NCBI RefSeq assembly: GCF_018398935.1
Contig: NZ_CP074694.1
Span: forward strand, 3,780,001-3,812,000
From: Telmatocola sphagniphila
GTDB taxonomy: Bacteria > Planctomycetota > Planctomycetia > Gemmatales > Gemmataceae
Direction of reading: 5' to 3'
Length of the DNA stretch: 32,000 bases
This document shows, in pieces, positions 8,332-17,254 of this stretch. Under the pieces are notes generated by a model. It did not search any database, was not told the origin of the DNA, and saw only the letters and a list, made by a program, of their open reading frames with translations. The position numbers and the translations under genes are program-made. Every line of letters starts with the position of its first letter. The stretch's first letter is position 1.

Positions 8332-10248
8332 TTAATTGGCAAGATTCGCGGTGAAGTTGAACGAGAAAGCGGTCGTACTGGCGGAGCTGACGGCCACGTA
8401 ATAAGTCCGGCCACCGACCACGAGGTTATTGGAGTTACCCGTACCGGAAGTTGAGCTGATGGAATTGATCGGATTCCCGTAGGCATCCGTAAGTACCAGC
8501 GTGCCTGAGCCGGTGTTGGCCGTCGAGCTCAATGTCAGCGTCAGAAGGCCCGAGTTAGGCATCTGGAAAGAATAGTACTGGACATTGTCGGGACTGGAGG
8601 AAGAGCCCGCGATACCGATGGCTCCCCCATTGGTATAGAGTTGTTCGCTGGTGGCGCTGGTCAGCCCGGGGTTCAGGTATTCCGTGCTGGACAGGAAGGC
8701 CCGTCGCATACTGGCGGTGTCGAGTTTGTTCCCCAACCAGGACGTTAACCCGCCCTGATCAGCCTGCCGGAGCAATAGCGCACTGTACATCGAATTAATT
8801 GTCGAGGTGCGGAACTCCAGCGAAGTCAGGAAGAGTTGTGCGATCTGAGTTCGAGAATAAGTCGACATCAGAGTAGTCCAGGTATTCAAGCCGGCGGCAT
8901 CGGCCGAACGATTCAGCACATTTTCGTAGAGGCCTTGAATGAAATTCTGATCGGCCGTCATACTGCTGTTAGTATTTTGCAGACTGTAAAATTCTGGCGA
9001 AGCGATGATCGAAGCAATGTACTGTTCTGAGGTCATTTTGCTCAAGCTGGTGAGGCCATTGGCCAGACCACTAGGATCAGCCGCCCGGCCCAAAAACGCC
9101 TGATACCAGGCGTTCACTTCGCGCATCTGCGCTTCCTGGGAATTATCGATCGCGTTCGTTACACCGGCCTGCCCTATCGCTGTCAAAGCGGCCTGCCAAT
9201 TCGCAATTTCTGCCTGGCTGGCGACCCGCTTCAAATCGTTCATGTAGAGCCGTTGGATGAACCAGTCTGCCGAGGAATAGGCGTTCACCGTGGCCATGTT
9301 ATTTGTGCTGACGTTGACCGTGCTGGTGAAACTGCCTTTGTCGAGGGTATTCGTACCAGTCCCGCCGTTGAGCGTTAAAGTGCTCAAACCGGCCACGCTT
9401 CCAGTTTCGTTCAACAGAAACGTCGAATTGCCCGCCCCAGTCGTGACTGTGACGGCCGTTTTGTTCAGCAGATCGACTGGCACAAAGGAGGACGAGGCCA
9501 GACCACTATTGGTATTACTGTTGAAGTGATTCAAGAGGAACAGCGGGTCGGTGATTCCCTGATAATCGATGCCGGTCAGTTTCAGGCTGTTGTTACCGTT
9601 GATCAGGTCGCCGTTCTGTACGGAGACGACGTTATTGCCCGAAATCGGATTGAAGGTGAAACTCGATGCGGTCAGCGAATCCTGAATCAGCGAGATCGTG
9701 TTGAAATTCACTGTGAAAGAACTGCTGCTTCCCGTGGCCGTGATTGTCCCACCGCTGGTGGAACCGGCGGTTTGATTATATGTTTCGCTCAGCGTGACCT
9801 TGGGATTACCGATCAAGTTTAACTGATTCTTGCCTTGGCCCCCGGTGTAGTAAATGGGGAGCGCTGTACTCTTCCCGACCACGCCATTCGAGTTATCTAT
9901 TGTCAGGGTGTCATCGCCGCCGTTCTGAACTTGCGAAGCCGTAACTCCCGTGGGGAGATTTGTCGTGTCCTGAACGTAAATGGCCGTCACATCGGAGAGA
10001 TTCGCGGTACTGAAGGTCGAGCCGCCATTGTCGCTGAATTGAATTTGAGTCGCGCTCGTCGGGGAAATGCGAACAATGAAACTATCGTTTCCGGGAGTGC
10101 CCAAAAGATAGACATTACTCGGGGTCCCCGGGGTCGGGAGATAGATCGACAGCGCCGTTCGATCTTCCAGCGCAGTGAGATGCAACTTCGTCCCCAAATT
10201 TTTCGGGGAGCTGTTTTTGTTCGCTTTGCGTCGAATTGATGAGAACAT
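8332..10248 (-). CDS. Large secreted protein: Thr/Ser/Asn/Gly-rich beta-rich region, four DUF4214-like repeats and a PPC-like C-terminal domain
   Basis: I prefer the ATG at 10248 (the track's 10278 start is TTG). The N-terminus reads MFSSIRRK...LHLTALEDRTALS. The DUF4214-like units are LYMNDLKRVASQAEIANW, FLGRAADPSGL, LYENVLNRSADAAGLNTW and LLLRQADQGGLTSW. The C-terminal YYSFQMP..GTLVLTDAYGNPI..GRTYYVAVSS resembles a pre-peptidase C-terminal domain. Confidence 0.65.
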   Translation of the reverse strand: MFSSIRRKANKNSSPKNLGTKLHLTALEDRTALSIYLPTPGTPSNVYLLGTPGNDSFIVRISPTSATQIQFSDNGGSTFSTANLSDVTAIYVQDTTNLPTGVTASQVQNGGDDTLTIDNSNGVVGKSTALPIYYTGGQGKNQLNLIGNPKVTLSETYNQTAGSTSGGTITATGSSSSFTVNFNTISLIQDSLTASSFTFNPISGNNVVSVQNGDLINGNNSLKLTGIDYQGITDPLFLLNHFNSNTNSGLASSSFVPVDLLNKTAVTVTTGAGNSTFLLNETGSVAGLSTLTLNGGTGTNTLDKGSFTSTVNVSTNNMATVNAYSSADWFIQRLYMNDLKRVASQAEIANWQAALTAIGQAGVTNAIDNSQEAQMREVNAWYQAFLGRAADPSGLANGLTSLSKMTSEQYIASIIASPEFYSLQNTNSSMTADQNFIQGLYENVLNRSADAAGLNTWTTLMSTYSRTQIAQLFLTSLEFRTSTINSMYSALLLRQADQGGLTSWLGNKLDTASMRRAFLSSTEYLNPGLTSATSEQLYTNGGAIGIAGSSSSPDNVQYYSFQMPNSGLLTLTLSSTANTGSGTLVLTDAYGNPINSISSTSGTGNSNNLVVGGRTYYVAVSSASTTAFSFNFTANLAN

Positions 10249-10523
10249 CTTCACTTCCGCCTGTGTCTTTATGTGCAAAAGTAAACTAAGCTAACTGTGC
10301 AGAGAGTCCGCTATATCTTTAATTCCGCACGGGAGTCTCTCACTATCCAGCGAAAAGGGGCACCAATAAGTCAGTTCTTATCGATTCGAATCGATTTCAG
10401 CGATTTTGATGACTGTAGTGAGTTTAACTTCAAGCCCCACTTCCTTTTGTGGTCCTACCAGCCGCAAGAGAAACGTAATAGGATAACTGGGTAAATTAAT
10501 TTAAAGATTCCAAAGGCTATGCA

Positions 10524-11075
10524 ATGCTAATCCGGCTCAGTCCGTACATGATGGTCAATCCGGGCACCAGTATCCCCTCTGTGGTCAATATGATCGTGGA
10601 GATACCCAAAGGCCGGCGTAGCAAATTCGAGTTGGACAAGGAGACCGGTCTGATCCGCCTCGATCGATACCTTTACAGTTCTTCGGTTTACCCCGGAGAC
10701 TATGGATTCATCCCGCAGACGCTCGCGGATGACGCCGACCCGCTGGATATGCTTGTGATGGTCAACGAACCGACTTTTAGTGGCTGTTTGATTGAAGCCC
10801 GGATTGTCGGAATGTTCCGGATGAAAGATAAAGGGGTCAACGACTTCAAGGTGTTGGGTGTGCCCAATAGCGACCCGCTGTTTGGTCATATCAAGAATCT
10901 CGAAGATGTTCCGCCTCACTACCTTCGCGAAGTCGAACATTTTTTCGGCACTTACAAGCAACTCGAAGGCGCCACAACGGAATCTCTGGGCTGGATCGGC
11001 GCCACAGAAGGTACGGATGAAGTCCGCAAATGCGTGGACCGATTTCGCACCTCTCTGGGTACCGTGCTCGGCTAA
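10524..11075 (+). CDS. ppa: Inorganic pyrophosphatase (family I)
   Basis: EIPKGRRSKFELDKETGLIRLDRYLYSSSVYPGDYGFIPQTLADDADPLDMLV is a textbook family I PPase core. The true start could be the MMVN.. Met a few codons downstream. Confidence 0.92.
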   Translation: MLIRLSPYMMVNPGTSIPSVVNMIVEIPKGRRSKFELDKETGLIRLDRYLYSSSVYPGDYGFIPQTLADDADPLDMLVMVNEPTFSGCLIEARIVGMFRMKDKGVNDFKVLGVPNSDPLFGHIKNLEDVPPHYLREVEHFFGTYKQLEGATTESLGWIGATEGTDEVRKCVDRFRTSLGTVLG

Positions 11076-11143
11076 GCGCGATATCCCACGAACGCCCACT
11101 TCGGCAAACTCCCTTCTGGCAGGCCGCCGCTCTCTACCTCGAC

Positions 11144-11182
11144 AGGCGGATCTCTCTAACATGAAAACTGGGAGATCCGCCT
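11144..11182 (+). terminator. Strong hairpin downstream of ppa (terminator-like, no U-tract)
   Basis: aggcggatctc (11144-11154) pairs perfectly with gagatccgcct (11172-11182), giving an 11-bp stem. It is followed by actactagg rather than a T run. Confidence 0.35.
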
Positions 11183-11213
11183 ACTACTAGGAATAACTGA
11201 AGAGCTTCTGAGC

Positions 11214-11990
11214 ATGAAAATCGTGCTGCTGTGCGGGGGTCAGGGAACTAGACTCCGGGAAGAAACCGAATACAAGCCCAAACCGATGGTCGACATCGGC
11301 GGCAAACCGATCGTGCTGCATATCATGAAGCTCTTCGCCCACTACGGACTGCGGGAGTTCATACTCTGCCTGGGATACAAGGGAGATATCATCAAAGATT
11401 TCTTCCTGAACTACGAGGCGATGACGACCGACTTCACGATCAAGCTGGGCCGCAAGCACGAATTGACCTATCACGGCGCCCACGAAGAACAAGAATTCAG
11501 CGTCACGCTCGCCGATACGGGGGCCAATTCCATGACGGGCGGCCGGGTACGCCGGATTCGCAAGTACATCTCAGACGATCTTTTCATGGTCACCTACGGG
11601 GATGGAGTTTCAGACGTAAACATCCCGGAACTGATTCAATTCCACAAGTCGCACGGCAAGCTGGCGACAGTCACCGCAGTCCGGCCGCAATCCAAATTCG
11701 GCGTTCTCAACGTCAAAGGCGATGGTCTGGTTGAGCAATTTTCGGAGAAGCCCAGCATCGAAGGCTGGGTGAACATGGGTTACTTCGTTTTTCACAAAAA
11801 GATTTTCGACTACCTTCGCGGCGATGAAACCATGCTGGAACGGGAGCCACTCGAACGACTTGCGGCCGAGGGGCAGCTGATGGCTTTCAAACATCATGGT
11901 TTCTTCTTCGCCATGGATACCTACCGGGAATACCAACTGCTCAACGACATGTGGGCGACCGGCCGGGCCCCCTGGAAAGTCTGGTCATGA
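11214..11990 (+). CDS. rfbF: Glucose-1-phosphate cytidylyltransferase
   Basis: MKIVLLCGGQGTRLREETEYKPKPMVDIGGKPIVLHIMK.. and the overall length of 258 aa are typical of RfbF/DdhA. Confidence 0.9.
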   Translation: MKIVLLCGGQGTRLREETEYKPKPMVDIGGKPIVLHIMKLFAHYGLREFILCLGYKGDIIKDFFLNYEAMTTDFTIKLGRKHELTYHGAHEEQEFSVTLADTGANSMTGGRVRRIRKYISDDLFMVTYGDGVSDVNIPELIQFHKSHGKLATVTAVRPQSKFGVLNVKGDGLVEQFSEKPSIEGWVNMGYFVFHKKIFDYLRGDETMLEREPLERLAAEGQLMAFKHHGFFFAMDTYREYQLLNDMWATGRAPWKVWS

Positions 11991-13105
11991 GCCGAGCTTT
12001 GTGGAACTCTTTTTATCGCGGCCGAAAAGTTCTGGTGACCGGCCACACCGGCTTCAAGGGAAGCTGGTTGTCTCTTTGGCTGAGTTCACTGGGGGCCGAG
12101 GTACATGGCTTCAGCCTGCCCGCCCCCACCGACCCCAGCCTCTTTGAAGAGGCCCAAATCCACGATTTGCTTGAATCCAGTACTATCGGCGATATCCGCG
12201 AAGGATCACTTCTTCGAGAGACGGTTGCCCGCATTCAACCGGAAGTCGTCTTCCATCTGGCCGCCCAACCTTTGGTCCGGCTTTCCTATCGGCAGCCGGT
12301 CGAAACCTTTGAAACCAACGTGATGGGCGTGGTGAATTTGCTGGAGGCCGTGCGGGAATGCCCGAGCGTTCGCGTCTGCCAGATCATTACCTCAGACAAA
12401 TGCTACGAAAACGACAATCGCATTACGGCCTTTCGGGAGGATGATCCGATGGGCGGCTCCGACCCTTATAGTGCGAGCAAGGGTTGTGCCGAACTCGTTG
12501 TCGCAGCCTATCGCAAATCGTTCTTTGGCACGGCGTCGCAAACGAGCATCGCTTCGGTCCGAGCGGGGAATGTAATCGGCGGCGGGGACTGGGCCGAAGA
12601 TCGTATTGTGCCCGACTGCATTCGGGCATTTCAGAAGCAAGAGTCCGTTCATATCCGAAATCCGCACGCCATTCGTCCCTGGCAACACGTTCTCGAGCCG
12701 CTTTCGGGTTATCTGCATCTGGCCTATCACCAATTTCAGAATCCGCAGACGTTGGCCGAGGGATGGAATTTCGGTCCCGGTCCCGGAGCGAACTGGACTG
12801 TCCGCCAGGTGGTGGATGCTTTGGTTGCCCGGTGGTCGGAGCCCGTACCGCCTCCAAGGATAGAAGCCCCCGTCACGAACAAGCTTTACGAAGCGAGCTT
12901 TTTGAAATTGGATATCAGTAAGGCGGCGACTTTGCTGAACTGGTTACCGATTCTGACGACGGCGGAGGCTCTAAAAATGACAGCCGAATGGTACGCGAAT
13001 CGAGCTCTAGCCAAAGCGACTTTTCAGACCCGAAGTTTCACACTCAAGCAAATCGCGGATTACGAAGCGGGGCTGGCAAAACGCACGGAGATGTGGGCGA
13101 GTTGA
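11987..13105 (+). CDS. rfbG: CDP-glucose 4,6-dehydratase
   Basis: The start ATG at 11987 overlaps the rfbF stop (ATGA). It has the VLVTGHTGFKGSWLSLWL Rossmann motif and an SDR-type YSASK. Confidence 0.88.
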   Translation: MSRALWNSFYRGRKVLVTGHTGFKGSWLSLWLSSLGAEVHGFSLPAPTDPSLFEEAQIHDLLESSTIGDIREGSLLRETVARIQPEVVFHLAAQPLVRLSYRQPVETFETNVMGVVNLLEAVRECPSVRVCQIITSDKCYENDNRITAFREDDPMGGSDPYSASKGCAELVVAAYRKSFFGTASQTSIASVRAGNVIGGGDWAEDRIVPDCIRAFQKQESVHIRNPHAIRPWQHVLEPLSGYLHLAYHQFQNPQTLAEGWNFGPGPGANWTVRQVVDALVARWSEPVPPPRIEAPVTNKLYEASFLKLDISKAATLLNWLPILTTAEALKMTAEWYANRALAKATFQTRSFTLKQIADYEAGLAKRTEMWAS

Positions 13106-13116
13106 TTGCGCTGACC

Positions 13117-13470
13117 TTACTCGGGCAGTTTGCCTTCCGGAGTCAGCTTGTCGATGATCTTGGGCAGATGCTCTTTCAGCTTGGCCAGCAGGTCTTGTTC
13201 GCTCAAACCGGTCGATTTGATCAATTCCTGAATCTTATCCTGGCCGAGACCCTGCTGAAGCTGTTCTTCCGAGACATCGGCATTCTCTCCGGTGCCCACC
13301 CAGGAACTGGTGAGGTGTCCCATACCCTGCTTCTGAAACTGCTCCAGAATGGCGGCTAAGCCCCCCTCCTTGTTTTGAAGCATGGCCGTGACCACAGAGA
13401 TGAATTTCGTAGTATTGCCTGCGAATAATTTGCTGATGATCGACTGAATCAGATTGATCAATATGCCCAT
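13117..13470 (-). CDS. YidB-family protein (DUF937)
   Basis: GGLAAILEQFQKQGMGHLTSSWVGTGENADVSEEQL...LPKIIDKLTPEGKLPE parallels E. coli YidB (..LPKIIDALSPQG..). Confidence 0.75.
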   Translation of the reverse strand: MGILINLIQSIISKLFAGNTTKFISVVTAMLQNKEGGLAAILEQFQKQGMGHLTSSWVGTGENADVSEEQLQQGLGQDKIQELIKSTGLSEQDLLAKLKEHLPKIIDKLTPEGKLPE

Positions 13471-13659
13471 AACAAAAACCTCTCGACCGGATGCAGATGA
13501 GGAAAACGGAAAAATCCCTACTTCTTTTTTCGGTGGGTTGGTGGAAATGTCAAGCGACCAAATGTGCTGATCCTCAAGGACAAAGCAATTATCTGTAAGA
13601 TGTCTGCGAGGCGTGGCTATTACTGACTACACATATCTAAAGTTTGAGGTTATTTCCCA

Positions 13660-14301
13660 ATGTCCGTACTCGCTAATGAAGATCTGTTGAAGCAACTCCG
13701 CTGGCGTTATGCGGTAAAAAAATTCGACACCTCCCGCAAGATTTCCGAGACCGACTGGAAGACTCTGGAAGAATCGCTCGTTCTCGCTCCTTCCTCTTAC
13801 GGCCTGCAACCGTGGAAGTTCATCGTGGTTCTGGACCCGGCCGTCCGCGCCAAGCTGGTAACCGAATCCTGGGGGCAAACCCAAGTGGCAGATGCTTCAC
13901 ATCTGGTGGTTTTCGCCGTGAAGAAAGAACTGACCGAAGAATTTGTCGACAAATACATCCAGCGTATCGCCGAAGTTCGGGGCGGCGCGATCAATGAAGG
14001 TTTGAAGAAAATGATTCTAGGGAGCGTCAGTCGCATGTCGCTGGCCGACGTTTTAAACTGGAATGCCCGACAGACGTATATCGCGCTGGGTACTTTAATG
14101 ACCGCTGCAGCGGTGCTGGGTATCGATAGCTGCCCGATGGAAGGCATCATTCCAGAAAAATACGATGAAATTCTCGGCCTCGACAAGCAAGGCTTTACGA
14201 CGCTGGTTGTCTGTCCGGTGGGTTATCGTGCGAACGATGACAAAAGCGCCGTGGCCCCCAAGGTACGCTTTAAGACGGAAGACGTGATTCAATACATCTA
14301 G
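13660..14301 (+). CDS. Nitroreductase-family NAD(P)H-dependent oxidoreductase
   Basis: The LRWRYAVKKFD N-terminal motif, a size of about 213 aa, and ..SCPMEG.. are typical of the NfsB-like fold. Confidence 0.8.
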   Translation: MSVLANEDLLKQLRWRYAVKKFDTSRKISETDWKTLEESLVLAPSSYGLQPWKFIVVLDPAVRAKLVTESWGQTQVADASHLVVFAVKKELTEEFVDKYIQRIAEVRGGAINEGLKKMILGSVSRMSLADVLNWNARQTYIALGTLMTAAAVLGIDSCPMEGIIPEKYDEILGLDKQGFTTLVVCPVGYRANDDKSAVAPKVRFKTEDVIQYI

Positions 14302-14306
14302 GAGAA

Positions 14307-14792
14307 ATGAGCATGTTCCCAACACGAATCGATATACCACTGGAAAAGCGAACCAAGCTGATCGAACTCCTCAACGCCCGGCTAGCGGACTTGATCGATC
14401 TGCAACTGCAGACCAAGCAGGCCCACTGGAACGTGAAAGGGCCGAGCTTTATCGCCCTGCATGAGATGTTCGACGAATTTGTGGATGAAATCGCGGAGTA
14501 TGTCGACGATGTGGCCGAGCGGGTGACCGCATTGGGTGGCGTGGCGGAAGGTACCGTAGCCGTGGTTCACAAGCGTTCCAGCCTGGAACCCTATCCGTTA
14601 ATTCTCAAGACCGGCAAAGAGCATCTGGAGGCTGTGGCCAAGGCGTTGACCCGCAGCGCCAAGGCCGTTCGCGAAGCTATTGGTCAGTCGGACGATCTGG
14701 ATGCTGATACCGCCGATCTTTTCACCGGCATTTCACGAGGTTTGGATAAGAAGCTCTGGTTTGTGGAAGCCCATCTGCACGCCGACCATTAA
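14307..14792 (+). CDS. dps: Dps (DNA starvation/stationary-phase protection, ferritin-like)
   Basis: LNARLADLIDLQLQTKQAHWNVKGPSFIALHEMFDE is the canonical Dps ferroxidase region. The alternative ATG at 14313 has better spacing from the AGGAGA. Confidence 0.9.
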   Translation: MSMFPTRIDIPLEKRTKLIELLNARLADLIDLQLQTKQAHWNVKGPSFIALHEMFDEFVDEIAEYVDDVAERVTALGGVAEGTVAVVHKRSSLEPYPLILKTGKEHLEAVAKALTRSAKAVREAIGQSDDLDADTADLFTGISRGLDKKLWFVEAHLHADH

Positions 14793-14841
14793 ACAATTGA
14801 ATTCGCCCACACTTCTGCCCTTAATATTTTGAGGAATACTC

Positions 14842-16158
14842 ATGAAACGGATTCTTCTTTCGCTGGCCTGCGCGGCCATCATCGCATCGAATGTCAAGTC
14901 GGAAGACTGGCCGCAGTGGTTGGGCCCCAAACGCGACGCTAATTGGACGGAAACCGGTCTCGTGGAAAAATTTCCCGAAGGAGGCCCAAAAATCCTCTGG
15001 CGAACTACGATCGCCGGCGGCTATGCCGGGCCGGCAGTCGCTGATGGAAAAGTCTACGTCACCGACTTCAAAACAGGGGTAACGGCGGAGAATAATCCCG
15101 CGACTCGAGGGAAACTCGCGGGTGTGGAACGGGTGCATTGCCTGGACGTTAAGACCGGGGCACCGATCTGGAATTTCGAGTATCCTTGCATTTACAACAT
15201 TTCTTACCCCGCCGGCCCCCGTTGCACCCCGACGATAGCGGGCGGCAAGGTTTATACCCTCGGCGCCGAAGGCAATCTGGTTTGCTTGAACGCGGCTACC
15301 GGTGAAAAAATTTGGGCCAAAGACTTCAAATCCGATTACGGTGCCAAGACACCCATGTGGGGTTTCTGCGGGCATCCGCTCGTTGATGGCAAAAAGCTGA
15401 TTTGCATCACGGGAGGTCCAAACGCTCTCGCGGTGGCTTTCGATAAAGACACCGGCAAGGAACTCTGGCATAACCTCGATGCTCCCGAACCGGGCTACTC
15501 GGCTCCTGTAATCATCGAAGCGGGCGGCAAACGGCAGTTAATTATCTGGTCCTCCAAAGACATCAACGGCCTCGATCCGGAAACGGGAAACAAGTACTGG
15601 AGCGAAGCTCTGGAACCGAATTACGGCATGTCGATTATGGTACCCCAGAAAGCGGGCGATTACCTTTTCGCCGCAGGGATTCAGAACAAGTCCCTCCTGC
15701 TAAAGCTGGACAAGAATAAGCCTGCAGTGACAGAAGTCTATCGCGGGAAAAAAGACCAATCGGTCTATCCTGTAAACATGACCCCCTATATCGATTCCGG
15801 GATTATCTATGGTGTGGATCAGCCGGGAAAATTAACAGCCGTGAAACTGGAAACGGGTGAACGGCTCTGGCAGACCAGTGTTCCGATCACCGGAAAGGAA
15901 GAAGAACGGCCCGTAGGTTCCGGCACGGCTTTCGTCGTGAAGAATGGCGACCGATATTTCCTGTTCTCGGAATCCGGGCATCTGATCATCGCCAAGCTTT
16001 CGGACAAAGGCTATGAAGAGATCAGCCGGGCGAAAGTCATCGAACCCACCAACTCGGCCTTTGGTCGCAGCGTCGTCTGGTCGCACCCGGCATTCGCCAA
16101 CAAGTGTGCTTTTATTAGAAATGACAAGGAACTGATCTGCGTCAGTTTGACGAAGTAG
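14842..16158 (+). CDS. Secreted PQQ-like beta-propeller repeat protein (BamB-like family)
   Basis: A signal peptide is followed by EDWPQWLGPKRD. Recurrent G..V.A.D..TG...W blades are present. GAGGAA lies 5 nt upstream of the ATG. Confidence 0.8.
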   Translation: MKRILLSLACAAIIASNVKSEDWPQWLGPKRDANWTETGLVEKFPEGGPKILWRTTIAGGYAGPAVADGKVYVTDFKTGVTAENNPATRGKLAGVERVHCLDVKTGAPIWNFEYPCIYNISYPAGPRCTPTIAGGKVYTLGAEGNLVCLNAATGEKIWAKDFKSDYGAKTPMWGFCGHPLVDGKKLICITGGPNALAVAFDKDTGKELWHNLDAPEPGYSAPVIIEAGGKRQLIIWSSKDINGLDPETGNKYWSEALEPNYGMSIMVPQKAGDYLFAAGIQNKSLLLKLDKNKPAVTEVYRGKKDQSVYPVNMTPYIDSGIIYGVDQPGKLTAVKLETGERLWQTSVPITGKEEERPVGSGTAFVVKNGDRYFLFSESGHLIIAKLSDKGYEEISRAKVIEPTNSAFGRSVVWSHPAFANKCAFIRNDKELICVSLTK

Positions 16159-17095
16159 TGGTGGAATAGCCGTTGAGCGGGGGGCGACCCCGCCGCGGCA
16201 CGCCGGGATTGTCATGAAGCGTACGGCTGTAGCGGGCAAATTGACTCAAGTTTTCGCCGTGAAAATCCATCTTCAGTCGGGGCATTATTGAAAAATCGAG
16301 TGCCCGGCCTCCCACGGCCAAGGGCACCTGGAGCGCTTGGCACTTTTCGAAAAAAGCATTTTCCTCGGCAATGAATCGCTCGCTGTCCACCAGATGCGAA
16401 ACGCTGAGCCAGACCAGATTCGGTTGAAACTCCCGGATGGCATCCTCGAAGGCCACAAAGGGAGTATGTCGGCCGAGATAGATCACTTTCCAACCATGTT
16501 CCATTAATACAAGTTTCGTGAGAAACGGAGCCAGGTTGTAATGATCGTTTTCCGGGGCACCCCCAATGGCCACTGGCTGCGCCCCCTGAACGGCCGAGTG
16601 GATCAGTTCTTTCAGACCATAGAGCACGGAAAGCAGCGTTTCAGAAGCCCGGTGCTCCGTGGCGATCTCAATTTCTTTTCGCTCCCACTGATGGCCGATT
16701 TCGCGCATCACCGGCGAGATAATATTGTCGGCCAGCTCCTCGATGGAACAGCCCTGAAGGTAGGCACCATGGATGAGCGACTTGACGGTGGTTGTATCTC
16801 CCGTACAGAGAGCTTGCAACAGTTTCTGCTGGGAAGAGACGGCGTTCGCGTAATCGACCGAGTTGATCTGATTGTTAAGTTGACTGAGATCGGCCTGCGG
16901 GAGGTTCCCATCGCGAGCGAGACGGATCACATCCGACATGAGGAGCTTGCGATGTCCTCCGGCCGTGCGATGCGCGGGTAGAATGCCTTCATCGACCCAT
17001 CGTTTCACCGTGCTGACACCCACGCCGAGAGCGCGAGCCACCACAGCCGTGGAGACATACCGGTTCGTCCCAGCGTTTATTTCCTCGTTGTTCAT
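16142..17095 (-). CDS. Transcriptional regulator: excisionase/MerR-superfamily HTH plus a cobalamin-binding module (CarH/LitR-like)
   Basis: The N-terminal YVSTAVVARALGVGVSTVKRWVDEGILPAHRTAGGHRKL is an HTH. The helical-bundle segment has W137-x9-E147-H148 (QWERKEIEIATEH, nt 16652-16687). The Rossmann part has PENDHYNLAP with H185 (nt 16541-16543) where the DxHxxG/ExHxxG lower-ligand His sits. Confidence 0.7.
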   Translation of the reverse strand: MNNEEINAGTNRYVSTAVVARALGVGVSTVKRWVDEGILPAHRTAGGHRKLLMSDVIRLARDGNLPQADLSQLNNQINSVDYANAVSSQQKLLQALCTGDTTTVKSLIHGAYLQGCSIEELADNIISPVMREIGHQWERKEIEIATEHRASETLLSVLYGLKELIHSAVQGAQPVAIGGAPENDHYNLAPFLTKLVLMEHGWKVIYLGRHTPFVAFEDAIREFQPNLVWLSVSHLVDSERFIAEENAFFEKCQALQVPLAVGGRALDFSIMPRLKMDFHGENLSQFARYSRTLHDNPGVPRRGRPPLNGYSTTTSSN

Positions 17096-17254
17096 ATCGA
17101 ATATAAACAGAGTTCTTCCCTCTCTCAGATTATTAAGATCCTAGTCCTGGCCGGGACTTAAAATCCAAAAAAAGGGCTTTCCGTCAGCAATTTAACTGTC
17201 GAGAACCGTCAGTTCCAGAACAGAAGGGTTTTTTCATAATTCCAACTTTAATTT

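Noticed and set aside
10380-10396. TTCGAATC within the palindrome considered as a tRNA T-arm
   Set aside because: There is no flanking GG/CC T-stem, acceptor stem or anticodon arm. No tRNA-like cloverleaf can be drawn in any intergenic region of the window.
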